Assembly: GCA_025057015.1 (NCBI GenBank)
Contig: JANWYG010000022.1
Coordinates: forward strand, 26,864-90,863
Direction of reading: 5' to 3'
Origin: Blastocatellia bacterium
GTDB taxonomy: Bacteria > Acidobacteriota > Blastocatellia > Chloracidobacteriales > JADJPF01
Length of the DNA stretch: 64,000 nucleotides
Shown here in pieces: positions 1 through 9,861 of the stretch; positions within the stretch are counted from its first letter, which is position 1, and each line of letters begins with the position of its first letter. The notes under the pieces are model-generated. The model had not been told where the DNA came from, did no database searches, and saw nothing but the letters and a program-made list of their open reading frames with translations. The position numbers and the translations under genes are program-made.

Positions 1-2
1 TT

Positions 3-254
3 CTTACTTTGCTGTCCATAGCTGTAATGGTGAACGTGATGCTAGCAGTCTTCAATATGCTGCCCATTCCGCCATTGGATGGTAGCCACGTGCTTTCTAG
101 CGTGCTGAGTTTAGTTTCGACTCGCCTGATGGAAGCTTATGAGACTACAAGGCCTTATGGATTTCTCGTCTTGCTGCTGCTTATTTATACCGGTGTGCTG
201 AGAAGCTTGCTTCAACCTGTGGTGTATCTCGTGATGTTTTTGCTACTTGCCTAG
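3..254 (+). CDS. Site-2 protease (M50) family membrane protein, 5'-truncated by window edge
   Basis: FNMLPIPPLDG motif (NxxPxxxLDG) in a hydrophobic ORF that is open to the window edge. Confidence 0.88.
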   Translation, partial: LTLLSIAVMVNVMLAVFNMLPIPPLDGSHVLSSVLSLVSTRLMEAYETTRPYGFLVLLLLIYTGVLRSLLQPVVYLVMFLLLA

Positions 255-260
255 GGAACG

Positions 261-965
261 GTGGTGAGCGAAGTAGCATACCAGATAAAACTCGACGTTT
301 TCGAAGGACCGCTTGACTTACTGCTCTACCTCATACAAAAGGACAAGATAGACATCTGCGATATACCTATATCGCATGTCACTGAGCAGTACCTTGAACA
401 TATTCGCCTGCTGCAGGATTTGGACATGGAAGCTGCAGGTGAGTTTTTGCTGATGGCGGCAACGCTCATACACATCAAGTCGAAGATGTTGCTTCCAACA
501 ACCAAAGAAGGTAAGGCTGAAGAGCCCGATCCTCGTTCCGAACTGGTACAACAACTTTCTGAGCACAAGAAGTTCAAAGCAGCCGCTGAGATGCTCCTTC
601 TTCGGTCTGTTGTGCAACAGGAAGTCTTCACTCGTGCTTCCCTTGAGAATGATGAAAAGAATACTGAAGTGGCAGCTACGGTAATTGACTTGATAGAGGC
701 ATTCAAGAGGGTGTTAGATAGAAGGAAAACGTCGCCTGTGATTGAAATAGCTCTAGAAGAAATGAGTCTCGAGCAGAAAATCGAGCAGATAAAAACTATG
801 TTTGTTAGCACTGACCGAGTCAACTTAACCCAACTTTTTGATGCTTGTAGTAGCAAGCGAGAGCTCGTAGTGACGTTACTTGCCGTGCTTGAACTAGCAA
901 AAGAAGATGTGATAGCTTTGTTGCAAGAAGTACATTTTGGTGTCATCTATGCTCTGAAGCGTTAG
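261..965 (+). CDS. scpA: Segregation/condensation protein A (kleisin)
   Basis: FEGPLDLLLYLI, FLLMAATL.IKSKMLLP, DPR.ELV motifs; adjacent to scpB. Confidence 0.96.
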   Translation: MVSEVAYQIKLDVFEGPLDLLLYLIQKDKIDICDIPISHVTEQYLEHIRLLQDLDMEAAGEFLLMAATLIHIKSKMLLPTTKEGKAEEPDPRSELVQQLSEHKKFKAAAEMLLLRSVVQQEVFTRASLENDEKNTEVAATVIDLIEAFKRVLDRRKTSPVIEIALEEMSLEQKIEQIKTMFVSTDRVNLTQLFDACSSKRELVVTLLAVLELAKEDVIALLQEVHFGVIYALKR

Positions 966-967
966 AG

Positions 968-1501
968 ATGGAGCTGAGCAAACTCAAGTCGATAGTTGAG
1001 GTGTTAGTCTTTGTCTCAAATGAACCTATTAGGCTAGAGCAACTGGAGGCAGTGCTGCCGCAAGTGTCACGTGAGCAGATCCTTGCTGCCCTAAATGAGT
1101 TAGCAGGCGACTATGATGCTCGTGGAAGTGGTCTTGAAGTGTGTGAGATAGCCGGTGGTTGGCGAATTTCAACTCGACCTGAGTATCATGAATACCTACG
1201 TAGCTATCTGAAGAAAAAACCGTCTGCCAGACTGAGCCCTGCAGCACTAGAAACTCTTGCCATAATAGCTTACAAACAGCCTATCACTATACCGGAGATA
1301 CTTGAGCTTCGAGGTGTTTCCTCGTCATCTGCAATAAAGACGCTGCTTGATAAGCGGCTCATAGTTCCTAAAGGCAGAAAGGAATGTGTAGGTAGGCCGA
1401 TAATGTACGGCACTTCAAGGGAGTTTTTGATACAGTTTGGACTGAAAGATCTCTCAGAGCTTCCGAGCATAGAGGAATTTGAAGAGTTGGTGTCAAGCTA
1501 A
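968..1501 (+). CDS. scpB: SMC-Scp complex subunit ScpB
   Basis: LSPAALETLAIIAYKQPIT, GRPIMYGTS..FL..FGL..L.ELP. Confidence 0.96.
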   Translation: MELSKLKSIVEVLVFVSNEPIRLEQLEAVLPQVSREQILAALNELAGDYDARGSGLEVCEIAGGWRISTRPEYHEYLRSYLKKKPSARLSPAALETLAIIAYKQPITIPEILELRGVSSSSAIKTLLDKRLIVPKGRKECVGRPIMYGTSREFLIQFGLKDLSELPSIEEFEELVSS

Positions 1502-1502
1502 T

Positions 1503-2240
1503 ATGCAACAACGTCTACAAAAGCTGATAGCTGCTGCTGGTATGGCTTCTCGGCGCAAAGCTGAGCAGATGATACTGGCGGGCGAGGTGACGGTAAACGG
1601 GCACGTAGTGACTGAACTTGGTACGAAAGCCGATCCGGAGCAGGACCATATCAAAGTCAAAGGCAAACTGATCAATCCTAAGCTGGCGGGATTGAAGAAA
1701 CAGTATGTGCTGTTAAATAAACCCAAGGGCTATCTTTCAAGTCGGAGTGATCCAAAGAATCGTCCTCTGGTGATCGACTTGTTGCCTGCAAATTTACGGC
1801 ACTTGCACCCTGTTGGTCGACTGGACTTCAACAGCGAGGGAATAATCTTGCTGACTAACGACGGAGAACTTACTAGGGTTGTTACTTCTGCTGCTGCGCA
1901 GGTGGAGAAAGTGTATGAAGTGAAGGTCAAAGGTGAGGTACCTGAACAGGCACTCAGCAGGTTGCGCAATGGGATAGTTATAGACGGCAGGAGGACACTG
2001 CCGGTAAGCATCCGTCAGATGAAAATTACTGATGCTGGGAATGCTTGGTATCAAGTCACGCTCTATGAGGGTAGGAACAATCAAATAAGAAGAATGTTCG
2101 ACGCAGTTGGACACTCTGTAGTGAAACTTCGGCGGGTGCGGATAGGGCATCTGACTTGTCAAGGGCTCGCCGTAGGCGCTTATCGCTTGCTTAGCCCTGC
2201 TGAAGTTGCGCCGTTTTTGGACCAACGATCGGGAGAGTAG
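1503..2240 (+). CDS. rluB: 23S rRNA pseudouridine synthase (RluB family)
   Basis: S4 domain RLQKLIAAAGMASRR, LNKPKG, VGRLD, EGRNNQIRRM; scpAB-rluB synteny; ATG at 1503 preferred. Confidence 0.92.
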   Translation: MQQRLQKLIAAAGMASRRKAEQMILAGEVTVNGHVVTELGTKADPEQDHIKVKGKLINPKLAGLKKQYVLLNKPKGYLSSRSDPKNRPLVIDLLPANLRHLHPVGRLDFNSEGIILLTNDGELTRVVTSAAAQVEKVYEVKVKGEVPEQALSRLRNGIVIDGRRTLPVSIRQMKITDAGNAWYQVTLYEGRNNQIRRMFDAVGHSVVKLRRVRIGHLTCQGLAVGAYRLLSPAEVAPFLDQRSGE

Positions 2241-2246
2241 GTTTGA

Positions 2247-3830
2247 ATGAGACGTTTAGTAGGAGAGCTTCGTGAGCTGGAAGAACGTCTAAAGCTGGGC
2301 GGAGGAGTTGATAAGATAGAGCGTTTGCGCGCGCAGGGTAGGATGAGTGTGCGCGAGCGAGTTCAGGCTTTGTTCGATGCAGACAGCTATTTTCAGGAAA
2401 TAGGCCTACTTGTAGCATATGACCAGTACGATGGGCAAGCTCCTGCGGCAGGCGTAGTTACGGGTATCGGGACTATCTGTGGTAGAGAGTGCGTTGTCGT
2501 GGCAAACGATCCTACGGTTAAGGCTGGCTCGTGGTGGCCTGAGACGATAAAAAAGATCCTAAGAGCACAAGAGATTGCCATGCGTTGTCGCGTCCCGATA
2601 ATCTATCTTGTTGACTCGGCCGGAGTTAATTTGCCATACCAAGGAGGAGTCTTTCCTGGTCAGTATGGAGCGGCGAGGATATTTTTCTACAATTCTGTGA
2701 TGCGTCGCTACCTGAAAGTGCCTCAACTAGCAGCGGTAATGGGTCAGTGTGTTGCCGGTGGAGCATATCTTCCGGCTTTGAGCGACTCGATCATCATGGT
2801 TGAGAAGACAAGCTTTATGGGTTTGGGCGGACCGAATCTGGTTAAAGGAGCTACTGGGCAAACCGTAGACTCAGAGAGCTTAGGTGGTGCCACAATGCAC
2901 AATGAGATAAGCGGAGTAGCCCACTATCGAGTACCAAACGACGCGGCAGCTATAGCCAAGCTTCGCGATCTGGTTTCGCTGTTGCCACCAAAGCCCGTGC
3001 CTAAGACTGGAGTTTGTCCTCCGAAGCAGCCAGCCCGTCCCGAGACCGACATCTATGAAATAGTGCCTGAAGATCATCGCCTGCCATATGACATGCGGGC
3101 TGTACTAGACTGCATACTTGATGAAGGTAGCCTGATAGAGTTTCAGGCAGATTACGCCAAAGAGGTAATCACAGGGCACGCTTATATAGCCGGCCTAGCC
3201 ATTGGTGTCATAGCTAATCAAAGAGGACTAATTAAAGGAGCTAAGGGTAAACCAACGAAGTTCGGGGGAATAATCTACACTGATAGCGCGGAGAAAGTGG
3301 CGTACTTTATAGAGACCTGTAACAGGCAAGGAACGCCGCTTTTGTTTATTCAAGACGTCTCGGGTTTCATGGTGGGCGTCGAGGCTGAGCAATCCGGGAT
3401 AATCCGTGCTGGAGCTCGCTTTGTCGAGGCTATGGCTACGGCTACTGTACCGAAGTTAGTGCTTACGGTAAACCATGCTTCCGGTGCGGGGTACTATGCT
3501 ATGGCCGGACAGGGTTTTGATCCTGACTTTATTTTCACCTTACCCACCGGCAGAATGGGCGTAATGGAAGGTGAATCTGCAGTGATGGCGCTGTTTAGTG
3601 CACAGCTAGAAAAGCTAAAGCGCGAAGGCAAGGAGCCGGACCAAGAGCTTAAATCGGCTATGGAGAGCGTCCGAGCCGACTATGAGCATCAACTAGACGC
3701 TCGCTTTGCTGCAGCGCGGGGATTCGTAGATGCCGTCATTATTCCGGAACAGATCCGAAACTGCTTGGAGCTTGCTCTTAAGACGGCGCTCAACAATCCT
3801 GGGCCTCATTTGGGACCGTTTGCTATGTAA
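2247..3830 (+). CDS. Acyl-CoA carboxylase carboxyltransferase (beta) subunit, MCC-like
   Basis: VANDPTVKAG, LVDSAG, CVAGGAY, SGFMVG..AE..GI, SGAGYYAMAG motifs. Confidence 0.9.
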   Translation: MRRLVGELRELEERLKLGGGVDKIERLRAQGRMSVRERVQALFDADSYFQEIGLLVAYDQYDGQAPAAGVVTGIGTICGRECVVVANDPTVKAGSWWPETIKKILRAQEIAMRCRVPIIYLVDSAGVNLPYQGGVFPGQYGAARIFFYNSVMRRYLKVPQLAAVMGQCVAGGAYLPALSDSIIMVEKTSFMGLGGPNLVKGATGQTVDSESLGGATMHNEISGVAHYRVPNDAAAIAKLRDLVSLLPPKPVPKTGVCPPKQPARPETDIYEIVPEDHRLPYDMRAVLDCILDEGSLIEFQADYAKEVITGHAYIAGLAIGVIANQRGLIKGAKGKPTKFGGIIYTDSAEKVAYFIETCNRQGTPLLFIQDVSGFMVGVEAEQSGIIRAGARFVEAMATATVPKLVLTVNHASGAGYYAMAGQGFDPDFIFTLPTGRMGVMEGESAVMALFSAQLEKLKREGKEPDQELKSAMESVRADYEHQLDARFAAARGFVDAVIIPEQIRNCLELALKTALNNPGPHLGPFAM

Positions 3831-3886
3831 GTGTGGCCTAAGAAGTATCTCGGCCGGAGGCGAGTAGCGTCAAGTAGGAGCAGTAA

Positions 3887-3934
3887 CTAGGCTTGGACAA
3901 GCCTAGAGGGGATTGCAGGCAGCTTAGCAAGCTG
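3887..3934. terminator. Two hairpins between convergent genes (possible bidirectional terminator)
   Basis: CTAGGCTT-ggac-AAGCCTAG (3887-3906) and CAGCTT-agc-AAGCTG (3920-3934); no clear U-tract. Confidence 0.4.
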
Positions 3935-3942
3935 TTGGAGCT

Positions 3943-4692
3943 CTACCTTGCATTGCCGCAAATCACGCAGAAGAGGTCGTTTTTGTCAGTGAACTTGCCA
4001 CAGATTTTGCATATCACCCAATCGGAAGTTTGAGCGGCCAGGCTAGAGATAGGCGAGCCACATCCAAGACAGACTAAATCTTCCGGGCTGATGGCGTGCC
4101 CGCACTCTTTACAGGTTTGCGTGTAATGCTGGTTACTGAATACACCTAGAGGATCGCTTTCTAGGTCCGATGTGGCAGGAGTGGATTCTACTGCTATTTG
4201 AAAAACATAATGCGTACCTGTCAGACTGTTGACACTCACAGTGCAGGCAAGTATTTTTGGTAGCTTTTGGTCTTCTTCATCGAGCGGCTCTATTTCATCG
4301 ATGACGGTTGGCTCATCAACTTTATCTACTATGGCCAAGGTATCGAGTACGGCGGCTAGAGTGTTCCTATCGATGAGCTTAGGAATACAGCGCGAGGCAC
4401 CGGAGCGTTTTGCTCGTGCCGGATCGAAAGGCTCGTCCTCGCTAAAGGTTAGTATGATAGGAGTCTGCAGATATTCTGAGGATTTTCTCAGCAAGCTACA
4501 TATTTCATAGCCGGTTCTTCCCGGCATAAACAGGTCGAGAACTATCAGGTGAGGCTTGAAGGTGTGAGTTTCTTGTAGGACAGCGTCTCCGTTAGCCACT
4601 GTGCGTACTAGGTATCCTAGGCTAGAAAACAGCCCTGCAAGGCTTCCCAACGTTTGCGGGTTGTCATCGGCTATCAACACCTTGCGAGTCAT
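3943..4692 (-). CDS. Response regulator receiver domain with C-terminal double zinc ribbon
   Basis: KVLIADDN..LDLFMPGRTGYE receiver; CKEC..CLGC and CKIC..CVIC pairs. Confidence 0.85.
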   Translation of the reverse strand: MTRKVLIADDNPQTLGSLAGLFSSLGYLVRTVANGDAVLQETHTFKPHLIVLDLFMPGRTGYEICSLLRKSSEYLQTPIILTFSEDEPFDPARAKRSGASRCIPKLIDRNTLAAVLDTLAIVDKVDEPTVIDEIEPLDEEDQKLPKILACTVSVNSLTGTHYVFQIAVESTPATSDLESDPLGVFSNQHYTQTCKECGHAISPEDLVCLGCGSPISSLAAQTSDWVICKICGKFTDKNDLFCVICGNAR

Positions 4693-4752
4693 ATGTGAAA
4701 GGTTTATTGAGGCGGTTTTATTGATAGTTTACAAATTATAAGCTATTTTCGT

Positions 4753-5283
4753 TTGGCATGGGCAACTAAAAGTGAAGTGACGAAGTTGAAGAGGCAAGCT
4801 ATAGTAGGACTTGGGTCAAACTGTGGCGATCGGGCAGGGTATTTGCTGGCTGCCATCAGCGAAATGATGGCCCTAGGACTTAAGATAGAGCGACTTTCTG
4901 CTATATACGAGACTGAGCCGGTAGACTATATCGATCAACCTAGTTTTTTAAACATGGCAGCCCTCATAGGTGGGAGGATGCCTTCGCCTGAAAAGTTGTT
5001 GTTGATGCTTCTAGAACTAGAGAGTCGCCTTGGAAGAAGTAGGTCTGTTCCAAAGGGTCCTAGGACGATAGATCTGGATTTGTTGGTTTATGGTGATGTG
5101 GTAATAAGTGATAGGCAAGCAGAGCTAGAAATACCTCATCCTAGAATGCATCTGCGCAGGTTTGTTATGGTGCCGGTAGTAGATGTTTGCCCGCATGGCA
5201 TACATCCGGTGTTAGGTAGGAGTTTCGAACAAATCTTATTCACTTTACCGCTTAGTCCACGGGTGGTTAAATATAGGCTTTAG
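4753..5283 (+). CDS. folK: 2-amino-4-hydroxy-6-hydroxymethyldihydropteridine diphosphokinase (start uncertain)
   Basis: GLGSNCGDR, YETEP, GPRTIDLDLL, PHPRMHLRRFV. Confidence 0.95.
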   Translation: MAWATKSEVTKLKRQAIVGLGSNCGDRAGYLLAAISEMMALGLKIERLSAIYETEPVDYIDQPSFLNMAALIGGRMPSPEKLLLMLLELESRLGRSRSVPKGPRTIDLDLLVYGDVVISDRQAELEIPHPRMHLRRFVMVPVVDVCPHGIHPVLGRSFEQILFTLPLSPRVVKYRL

Positions 5284-5293
5284 GAGAGGGGAA

Positions 5294-6142
5294 ATGAGTC
5301 ATCTTGGTAGTGCTGAGGGAAAGGTTACTACGCGCCTCATACGCGAGAGTAAGGGTAAGAAGATAGTTGCGATCACGGCATATGACTATCCCTCTGCGAG
5401 GCTTGTAGACGAAGCTGGTGTAGACATAGTACTTGTTGGGGATTCTGCAGCGAATGTAGTCTTCGGGTATGATAACACTCTGCCCGTGACACTCGATGAG
5501 ATGTTGTTACTTGCAAGGGGAGTGACTAGGGCGGTAAAGCGCGCTCTTGTCGTGGGAGATATGCCTTTTGGGACATATCATAGTGGGAGAAAGCAGGCGC
5601 TCAGATCTGCTGTAAGGTTTCTCAAAGAAGGTGGTGTAGAGGCAGTCAAGCTTGAAGGTGGTGCTCGACGTGCATCGCTTGTAGAAGAGCTTTGCGAAGC
5701 TGGGATACCAGTGATGGGGCATATAGGTCTGACTCCGCAATCTTTACATCAGATGGGTGGCTATCGTGTGCAGGGTCGCACGGCAGCAGCAGCGCACAAG
5801 CTTATAGAGGATGCGCTTGCGCTGCAACAAGCGGGTGCTTTTAGTATAGTTTTGGAAGGAATGCCGGCCGAGATAGCGGGTATGATTACCGAGCGGGTCT
5901 CGATCCCGACCATAGGTATAGGAGCTGGCAGTAAGTGTGACGGTCAGATCTTAGTCTATCATGACCTTCTTGGTCTCAGTTTTGGTCATCAGCCGAAATT
6001 TGTGCGTAGATACGTGCAGTTAAGAGATATCATCTCAAAAGCACTTACGGCATACGTAGATGACGTAAGAAGCGGGAGATTTCCTTCTGAAGAGGAGTCT
6101 TATCATCTCTCTGCTGAAGTGAGAGAGCAGCTGGAGAAGTAA
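5294..6142 (+). CDS. panB: 3-methyl-2-oxobutanoate hydroxymethyltransferase
   Basis: TAYDY, LVGDS, GDMPFG, VKLEGG, GHIGLTPQS, IGIGAG..CDGQILV. Confidence 0.97.
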   Translation: MSHLGSAEGKVTTRLIRESKGKKIVAITAYDYPSARLVDEAGVDIVLVGDSAANVVFGYDNTLPVTLDEMLLLARGVTRAVKRALVVGDMPFGTYHSGRKQALRSAVRFLKEGGVEAVKLEGGARRASLVEELCEAGIPVMGHIGLTPQSLHQMGGYRVQGRTAAAAHKLIEDALALQQAGAFSIVLEGMPAEIAGMITERVSIPTIGIGAGSKCDGQILVYHDLLGLSFGHQPKFVRRYVQLRDIISKALTAYVDDVRSGRFPSEEESYHLSAEVREQLEK

Positions 6143-7027
6143 ATGGAGATAGTAAACCGCATACCGAGAATGCAGGCCATATCGCGCAGGCTTCGCAAAG
6201 AGGGTAAGAAGATAGGTTTCGTCCCTACCATGGGAGCATTGCATGAAGGGCACCTGAGTCTTATAAGTCGCGCTCGCACCATGTCGGATGTAGTTGTAGT
6301 CTCAATCTTCGTCAATCCCATACAGTTTGGCAAGGGAGAGGATTTTGACAAGTACCCGCGCGACTTAGCTAAAGATGCAGAACTTGTGACAGATCGTGGG
6401 GTAGATTACCTGTTTGCACCAAACAGGGATGAGGTTTATCCAAAAGATTATTCTACGTATGTGCTAGTAGAGGATCTAAGCGACAAGCTATGTGGTTTAT
6501 CTCGGCCGGGTCATTTTCGAGGTGTGACCACTGTAGTGATGAAGTTGTTAAACATAGTTCGTCCTAACTTTTGTTTCTTCGGGCAGAAGGACGGGCAGCA
6601 GGCTGTAATCATAAAGAGGATGATACGTGATTTGTGCGTCGATACGGAGATGGTAGTTTGCCCAATAGTTAGGGACTCGGATGGCCTGGCACTTTCCTCG
6701 CGCAACATATATTTGAACAAAGAAGAACGCTCAGCGGCTACCGTGCTGTTTAGGGCTTTGAATAAGGGCAAACAGTTGTTTGAAGAAGGGGAAACGGAAG
6801 CTGCGAGGATAATTGCTGCTATGCAACAGGTTATAGAAGCTGAACCGCTTGCGAGGATAGATTACGTTGCGCTGGTAGATCCGGAGACTCTAGAAGATGT
6901 GTACGTGTTGGAGGAAGATCGCAAAGTTATGGCAGCAGTTGCGGTTTACATAGGAAGCACACGGCTAATAGACAATATGATCTTTGGAGAGAAGCCAACA
7001 TTTACCTACAGCGAAGAAGATTTATAG
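6143..7027 (+). CDS. panC: Pantoate-beta-alanine ligase
   Basis: VPTMGALHEGH, FVNPIQF, RPGHFRGV, FGQKD, GLALSSRN, RLIDN. Confidence 0.97.
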   Translation: MEIVNRIPRMQAISRRLRKEGKKIGFVPTMGALHEGHLSLISRARTMSDVVVVSIFVNPIQFGKGEDFDKYPRDLAKDAELVTDRGVDYLFAPNRDEVYPKDYSTYVLVEDLSDKLCGLSRPGHFRGVTTVVMKLLNIVRPNFCFFGQKDGQQAVIIKRMIRDLCVDTEMVVCPIVRDSDGLALSSRNIYLNKEERSAATVLFRALNKGKQLFEEGETEAARIIAAMQQVIEAEPLARIDYVALVDPETLEDVYVLEEDRKVMAAVAVYIGSTRLIDNMIFGEKPTFTYSEEDL

Positions 7028-7525
7028 CTTCTTCTTTGAGTCAAGCAACAGCTTGTTAAATCTAGCCCTGTCAGCAGCAGACATGTTTATCATTTTGACG
7101 CCGAGCAAGTAATTATAGTCTGACCTGTCTATGCTCAGATATCTACACGTCTGGCCTAGAAGTGAGATATCTCCTTCTGGAACATGCAGCAGCACTTGTA
7201 GGAGATTTTTGTCCATCATGTCGCTGCTAAAGTAAGCGTGCAGTCCGTCGGCGCTTATAGTGTCAGTTAGCAGAGCTAGGCCCGTCTCGCTTATATCTTG
7301 AGTTATGCCGCTCAAAAATCTTGACATCCGTCGGGCGCGTCCAGTGTCAATTATTCGAAAGCTTACCGGGATGGAAACTTCGTATCTTTGGCTCGTTCCC
7401 CATTCAAGTACCAACCGGCTAAAAGTAGTTCGCAGCCGTTCTGTAATGCTTATCAACGTAGTGTTCCTCGCTTGAGATTTTTGAGGGAGGGCAAGTACTC
7501 TTTTTCCAAATTCTACCCCAAACAC
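7022..7525 (-). CDS. PilZ-domain protein (start uncertain)
   Basis: QRYEVSIPV...TQDISETGLAL (DxSxxG) and C-terminal YLLGVKM strand. Confidence 0.7.
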   Translation of the reverse strand: MFGVEFGKRVLALPQKSQARNTTLISITERLRTTFSRLVLEWGTSQRYEVSIPVSFRIIDTGRARRMSRFLSGITQDISETGLALLTDTISADGLHAYFSSDMMDKNLLQVLLHVPEGDISLLGQTCRYLSIDRSDYNYLLGVKMINMSAADRARFNKLLLDSKKKL

Positions 7526-7535
7526 GCTTACAAAT

Positions 7536-8390
7536 CTAGACTTTATTGCTACTTCTGTTATTTGCGATCAGTAGGTCGTAGATCCTGATGAGCTCTTCTT
7601 CGGTGTGGAAGTCTATTTGAATTTTTCCACCTTTGCCAGAGCGTAATATCCTTACTTTAGTTCCTAGGTATTTCTGTAATCGCTGTTCGGCTGCCCTCAC
7701 GTTTGGATCTATAATTTCTTCATATTCTTTCTTTGGTTTGCGCAGGCGTTCTACGAGTCGTTCGACGTCTCTTACGGAGAGGCCTTCGGATGCTATTCGG
7801 TGTGCAAGACTAAGCTGAATAGTTTTGTCGCTTATACTAAGCAGGACTTTTGCGTGTCCTGTTGAGACAAGGCCATCTACTATCAGAGAGTGTATCTCTG
7901 TCGGTAGTTTAAGCAACCGCAAGGAGTTGGCTACCGAGGATCTATCTTTTCCAACTTTGCAAGCAACCTGCTCCTGAGTGAGTTTGTGCTGTTCGATCAG
8001 GCGTTGATAAGCCAGAGCTTCTTCTATAGGGTTTAGCTCTTCTCTGGCTATATTCTCTACTAGGGCAAGTTCTAACAGCTTGTCATCTGGTACTGTACGC
8101 ACTACGGCAGGGATTTTCTGCAGACCTGCGAGTTTAGCGGCGCGCCAGCGACGCTCGCCGGCGACTATCTGGTATCTGCCGTCGTCTATTTTTCTTACTA
8201 CTATGGGTTGTACCAAGCCGTTTTCCTTTATCGACTCAGCTAGTTCTTGTATTTTCTTTTCGTCGAATCTGGAGCGGGGCTGTGACTGATTTGCCTCTAG
8301 GAGACTCAAATCTAGCTCTAGTAACTCTTCCGTAGTGCTTAGTTCGGGGAGCAGAGCTGCTAATCCCTTACCTAAGGCCCTTTTTACCAT
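7536..8390 (-). CDS. parB: Chromosome partitioning protein ParB
   Basis: RALGKGL.AL, QPR..F, IVAGERRWRA, ALVEN..RE.LNPIEEA, HTH. Confidence 0.97.
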   Translation of the reverse strand: MVKRALGKGLAALLPELSTTEELLELDLSLLEANQSQPRSRFDEKKIQELAESIKENGLVQPIVVRKIDDGRYQIVAGERRWRAAKLAGLQKIPAVVRTVPDDKLLELALVENIAREELNPIEEALAYQRLIEQHKLTQEQVACKVGKDRSSVANSLRLLKLPTEIHSLIVDGLVSTGHAKVLLSISDKTIQLSLAHRIASEGLSVRDVERLVERLRKPKKEYEEIIDPNVRAAEQRLQKYLGTKVRILRSGKGGKIQIDFHTEEELIRIYDLLIANNRSSNKV

Positions 8391-9144
8391 TTCCGATCAC
8401 CTCTTTTGCGAGGCGCAAGTAGCTATCTGCGCCTTTAGATTTAATGTCGTAAAGTATTATCGGTTTTCCGTGGCTCGGAGCTTCTGCGAGCTTGACATTT
8501 CTCGGTATAGCTGTCTCGAACACTTGTCCGCCTAGGAAGTCCCTGAGGTCCGACATCACTTGTGCCGAGAGTTTAGTCCGCTCGTCGTACATGGTTAGCA
8601 GAAATCCTTCTACGGAGAGATTAGGATTTAACGTCCTTCTGACTCTTACGAGGGTGTCCCATATGGCTGAAACTCCTTCTAGGGCAAAGTACTCACACTG
8701 CACTGGCACCAACACTGAGTCTGCAGCTGCAAGAGCGTTTACGGTAAGCAATCCTAACGATGGAGGACAGTCTATTATGAGGAAATCATAGTCGGCTTTA
8801 ACCGGCTGGAGTATTTCTCTTAGCCGCAGCTCTCTTCTTTCGAATTCTATCAGTTCTATTTCGGCTCCGGCGAGATTGCGGTCTGATGGAGCTAGATGTA
8901 GCTTGCTTAGTTCTGTCTCTCGAATGATGCTCTTTATGTCATCGCCCAGTATGAGGGTGTGGTAGAAGCTTCGTCTTAACTGCTCGCGGTGCACCCCGAG
9001 GCCAGAAGTAGAATTTGCCTGCGGATCTATATCTACTAGCAGCGTGCGCTTATTTGTTACTGCAAGGCATGCTGCCAGGTTAATTGCTGTGGTCGTCTTT
9101 CCGACGCCACCTTTTTGATTGGCAATCGCTATGATCTTACCCAT
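8368..9144 (-). CDS. parA: Chromosome partitioning ATPase ParA/Soj
   Basis: NQKGGVGKTTT, DIDPQAN, DCPPSLG, IPRNVKLAEAPSHG; ATG 9144 with GAGG RBS. Confidence 0.97.
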   Translation of the reverse strand: MGKIIAIANQKGGVGKTTTAINLAACLAVTNKRTLLVDIDPQANSTSGLGVHREQLRRSFYHTLILGDDIKSIIRETELSKLHLAPSDRNLAGAEIELIEFERRELRLREILQPVKADYDFLIIDCPPSLGLLTVNALAAADSVLVPVQCEYFALEGVSAIWDTLVRVRRTLNPNLSVEGFLLTMYDERTKLSAQVMSDLRDFLGGQVFETAIPRNVKLAEAPSHGKPIILYDIKSKGADSYLRLAKEVIGNGKKGLR

Positions 9145-9209
9145 GTCGGGCCTCACTCAGCTTGGGCTTTTAGGTCGAAAAAATACCATACCTCCTGCTG
9201 GAAGTCTAT

Positions 9210-9225
9210 TGTTCTACGTGGAACA
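9210..9225. promoter_or_regulatory. parS centromere site (1 mismatch)
   Basis: TGTTCTACGTGGAACA, overlapping the rsmG stop codon. Confidence 0.85.
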
Positions 9226-9861
9226 TTCTTGGGCAACACCTTCTGTTCCACGTGGAACATCTTGGTGTTTTTCAAGCAGCAAGATGGCCCTGTTACGGCA
9301 ATACGGTACGGCTTGGATCCTTTTGGCTAATCTTTCCGAAGAGATGCTCTTGGCTGCATCTGTGCTTAGAAAAAGCATTACCTGCTCTGCTTGCGAAGCT
9401 AGTTCAAGTATCTGCTCGACGCGTTGACGAAATTTCTCGATGGCTCGACAAGTGTATACTTCGTAGCTTTGCTCGAGATCTTGAAATCTAGACCTGACGA
9501 CATGGAGGTTCTTTAGTCCTAATCGGCGGCGGCATTCTTTTAAAAACTCGACCTTCTTCCTGTCAGAGTCGACCACTGTTACTTGTATCTTGGGAAGGGC
9601 TATGGCCATAGGCACGCCAGGGAAACCTGCCCCGCTACCTATGTCAACTAAGGAAGTAGCGGCTGAGAATACAAACGTAGAAGCAAAGATTGACTCGAAG
9701 TAATGTAGTAAGGCCGCATCCTTCGGCGAAGTTATGGTCGTAAGCGATGTGGCAGAGTTCCATTTGAGAACTAGCTGGTAGTGTTTTTCAAGAAGGTCTA
9801 TTTGGCCCTCGTCTAGGTTTATCCTTTGTCCAGCAAGCAGTTGTCGCAGATAGTCTTTCAT
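9214..9861 (-). CDS. rsmG: 16S rRNA m7G527 methyltransferase
   Basis: KWN...SLT, DIGSGAGFPG, TCRA; located between mnmG and parA. Confidence 0.94.
   Translation of the reverse strand: MKDYLRQLLAGQRINLDEGQIDLLEKHYQLVLKWNSATSLTTITSPKDAALLHYFESIFASTFVFSAATSLVDIGSGAGFPGVPMAIALPKIQVTVVDSDRKKVEFLKECRRRLGLKNLHVVRSRFQDLEQSYEVYTCRAIEKFRQRVEQILELASQAEQVMLFLSTDAAKSISSERLAKRIQAVPYCRNRAILLLEKHQDVPRGTEGVAQECST
9244..9259. promoter_or_regulatory. parS centromere site (perfect palindrome)
   Basis: TGTTCCACGTGGAACA, 100 bp upstream of parA; encodes VPRGT in the RsmG tail. Confidence 0.93.
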
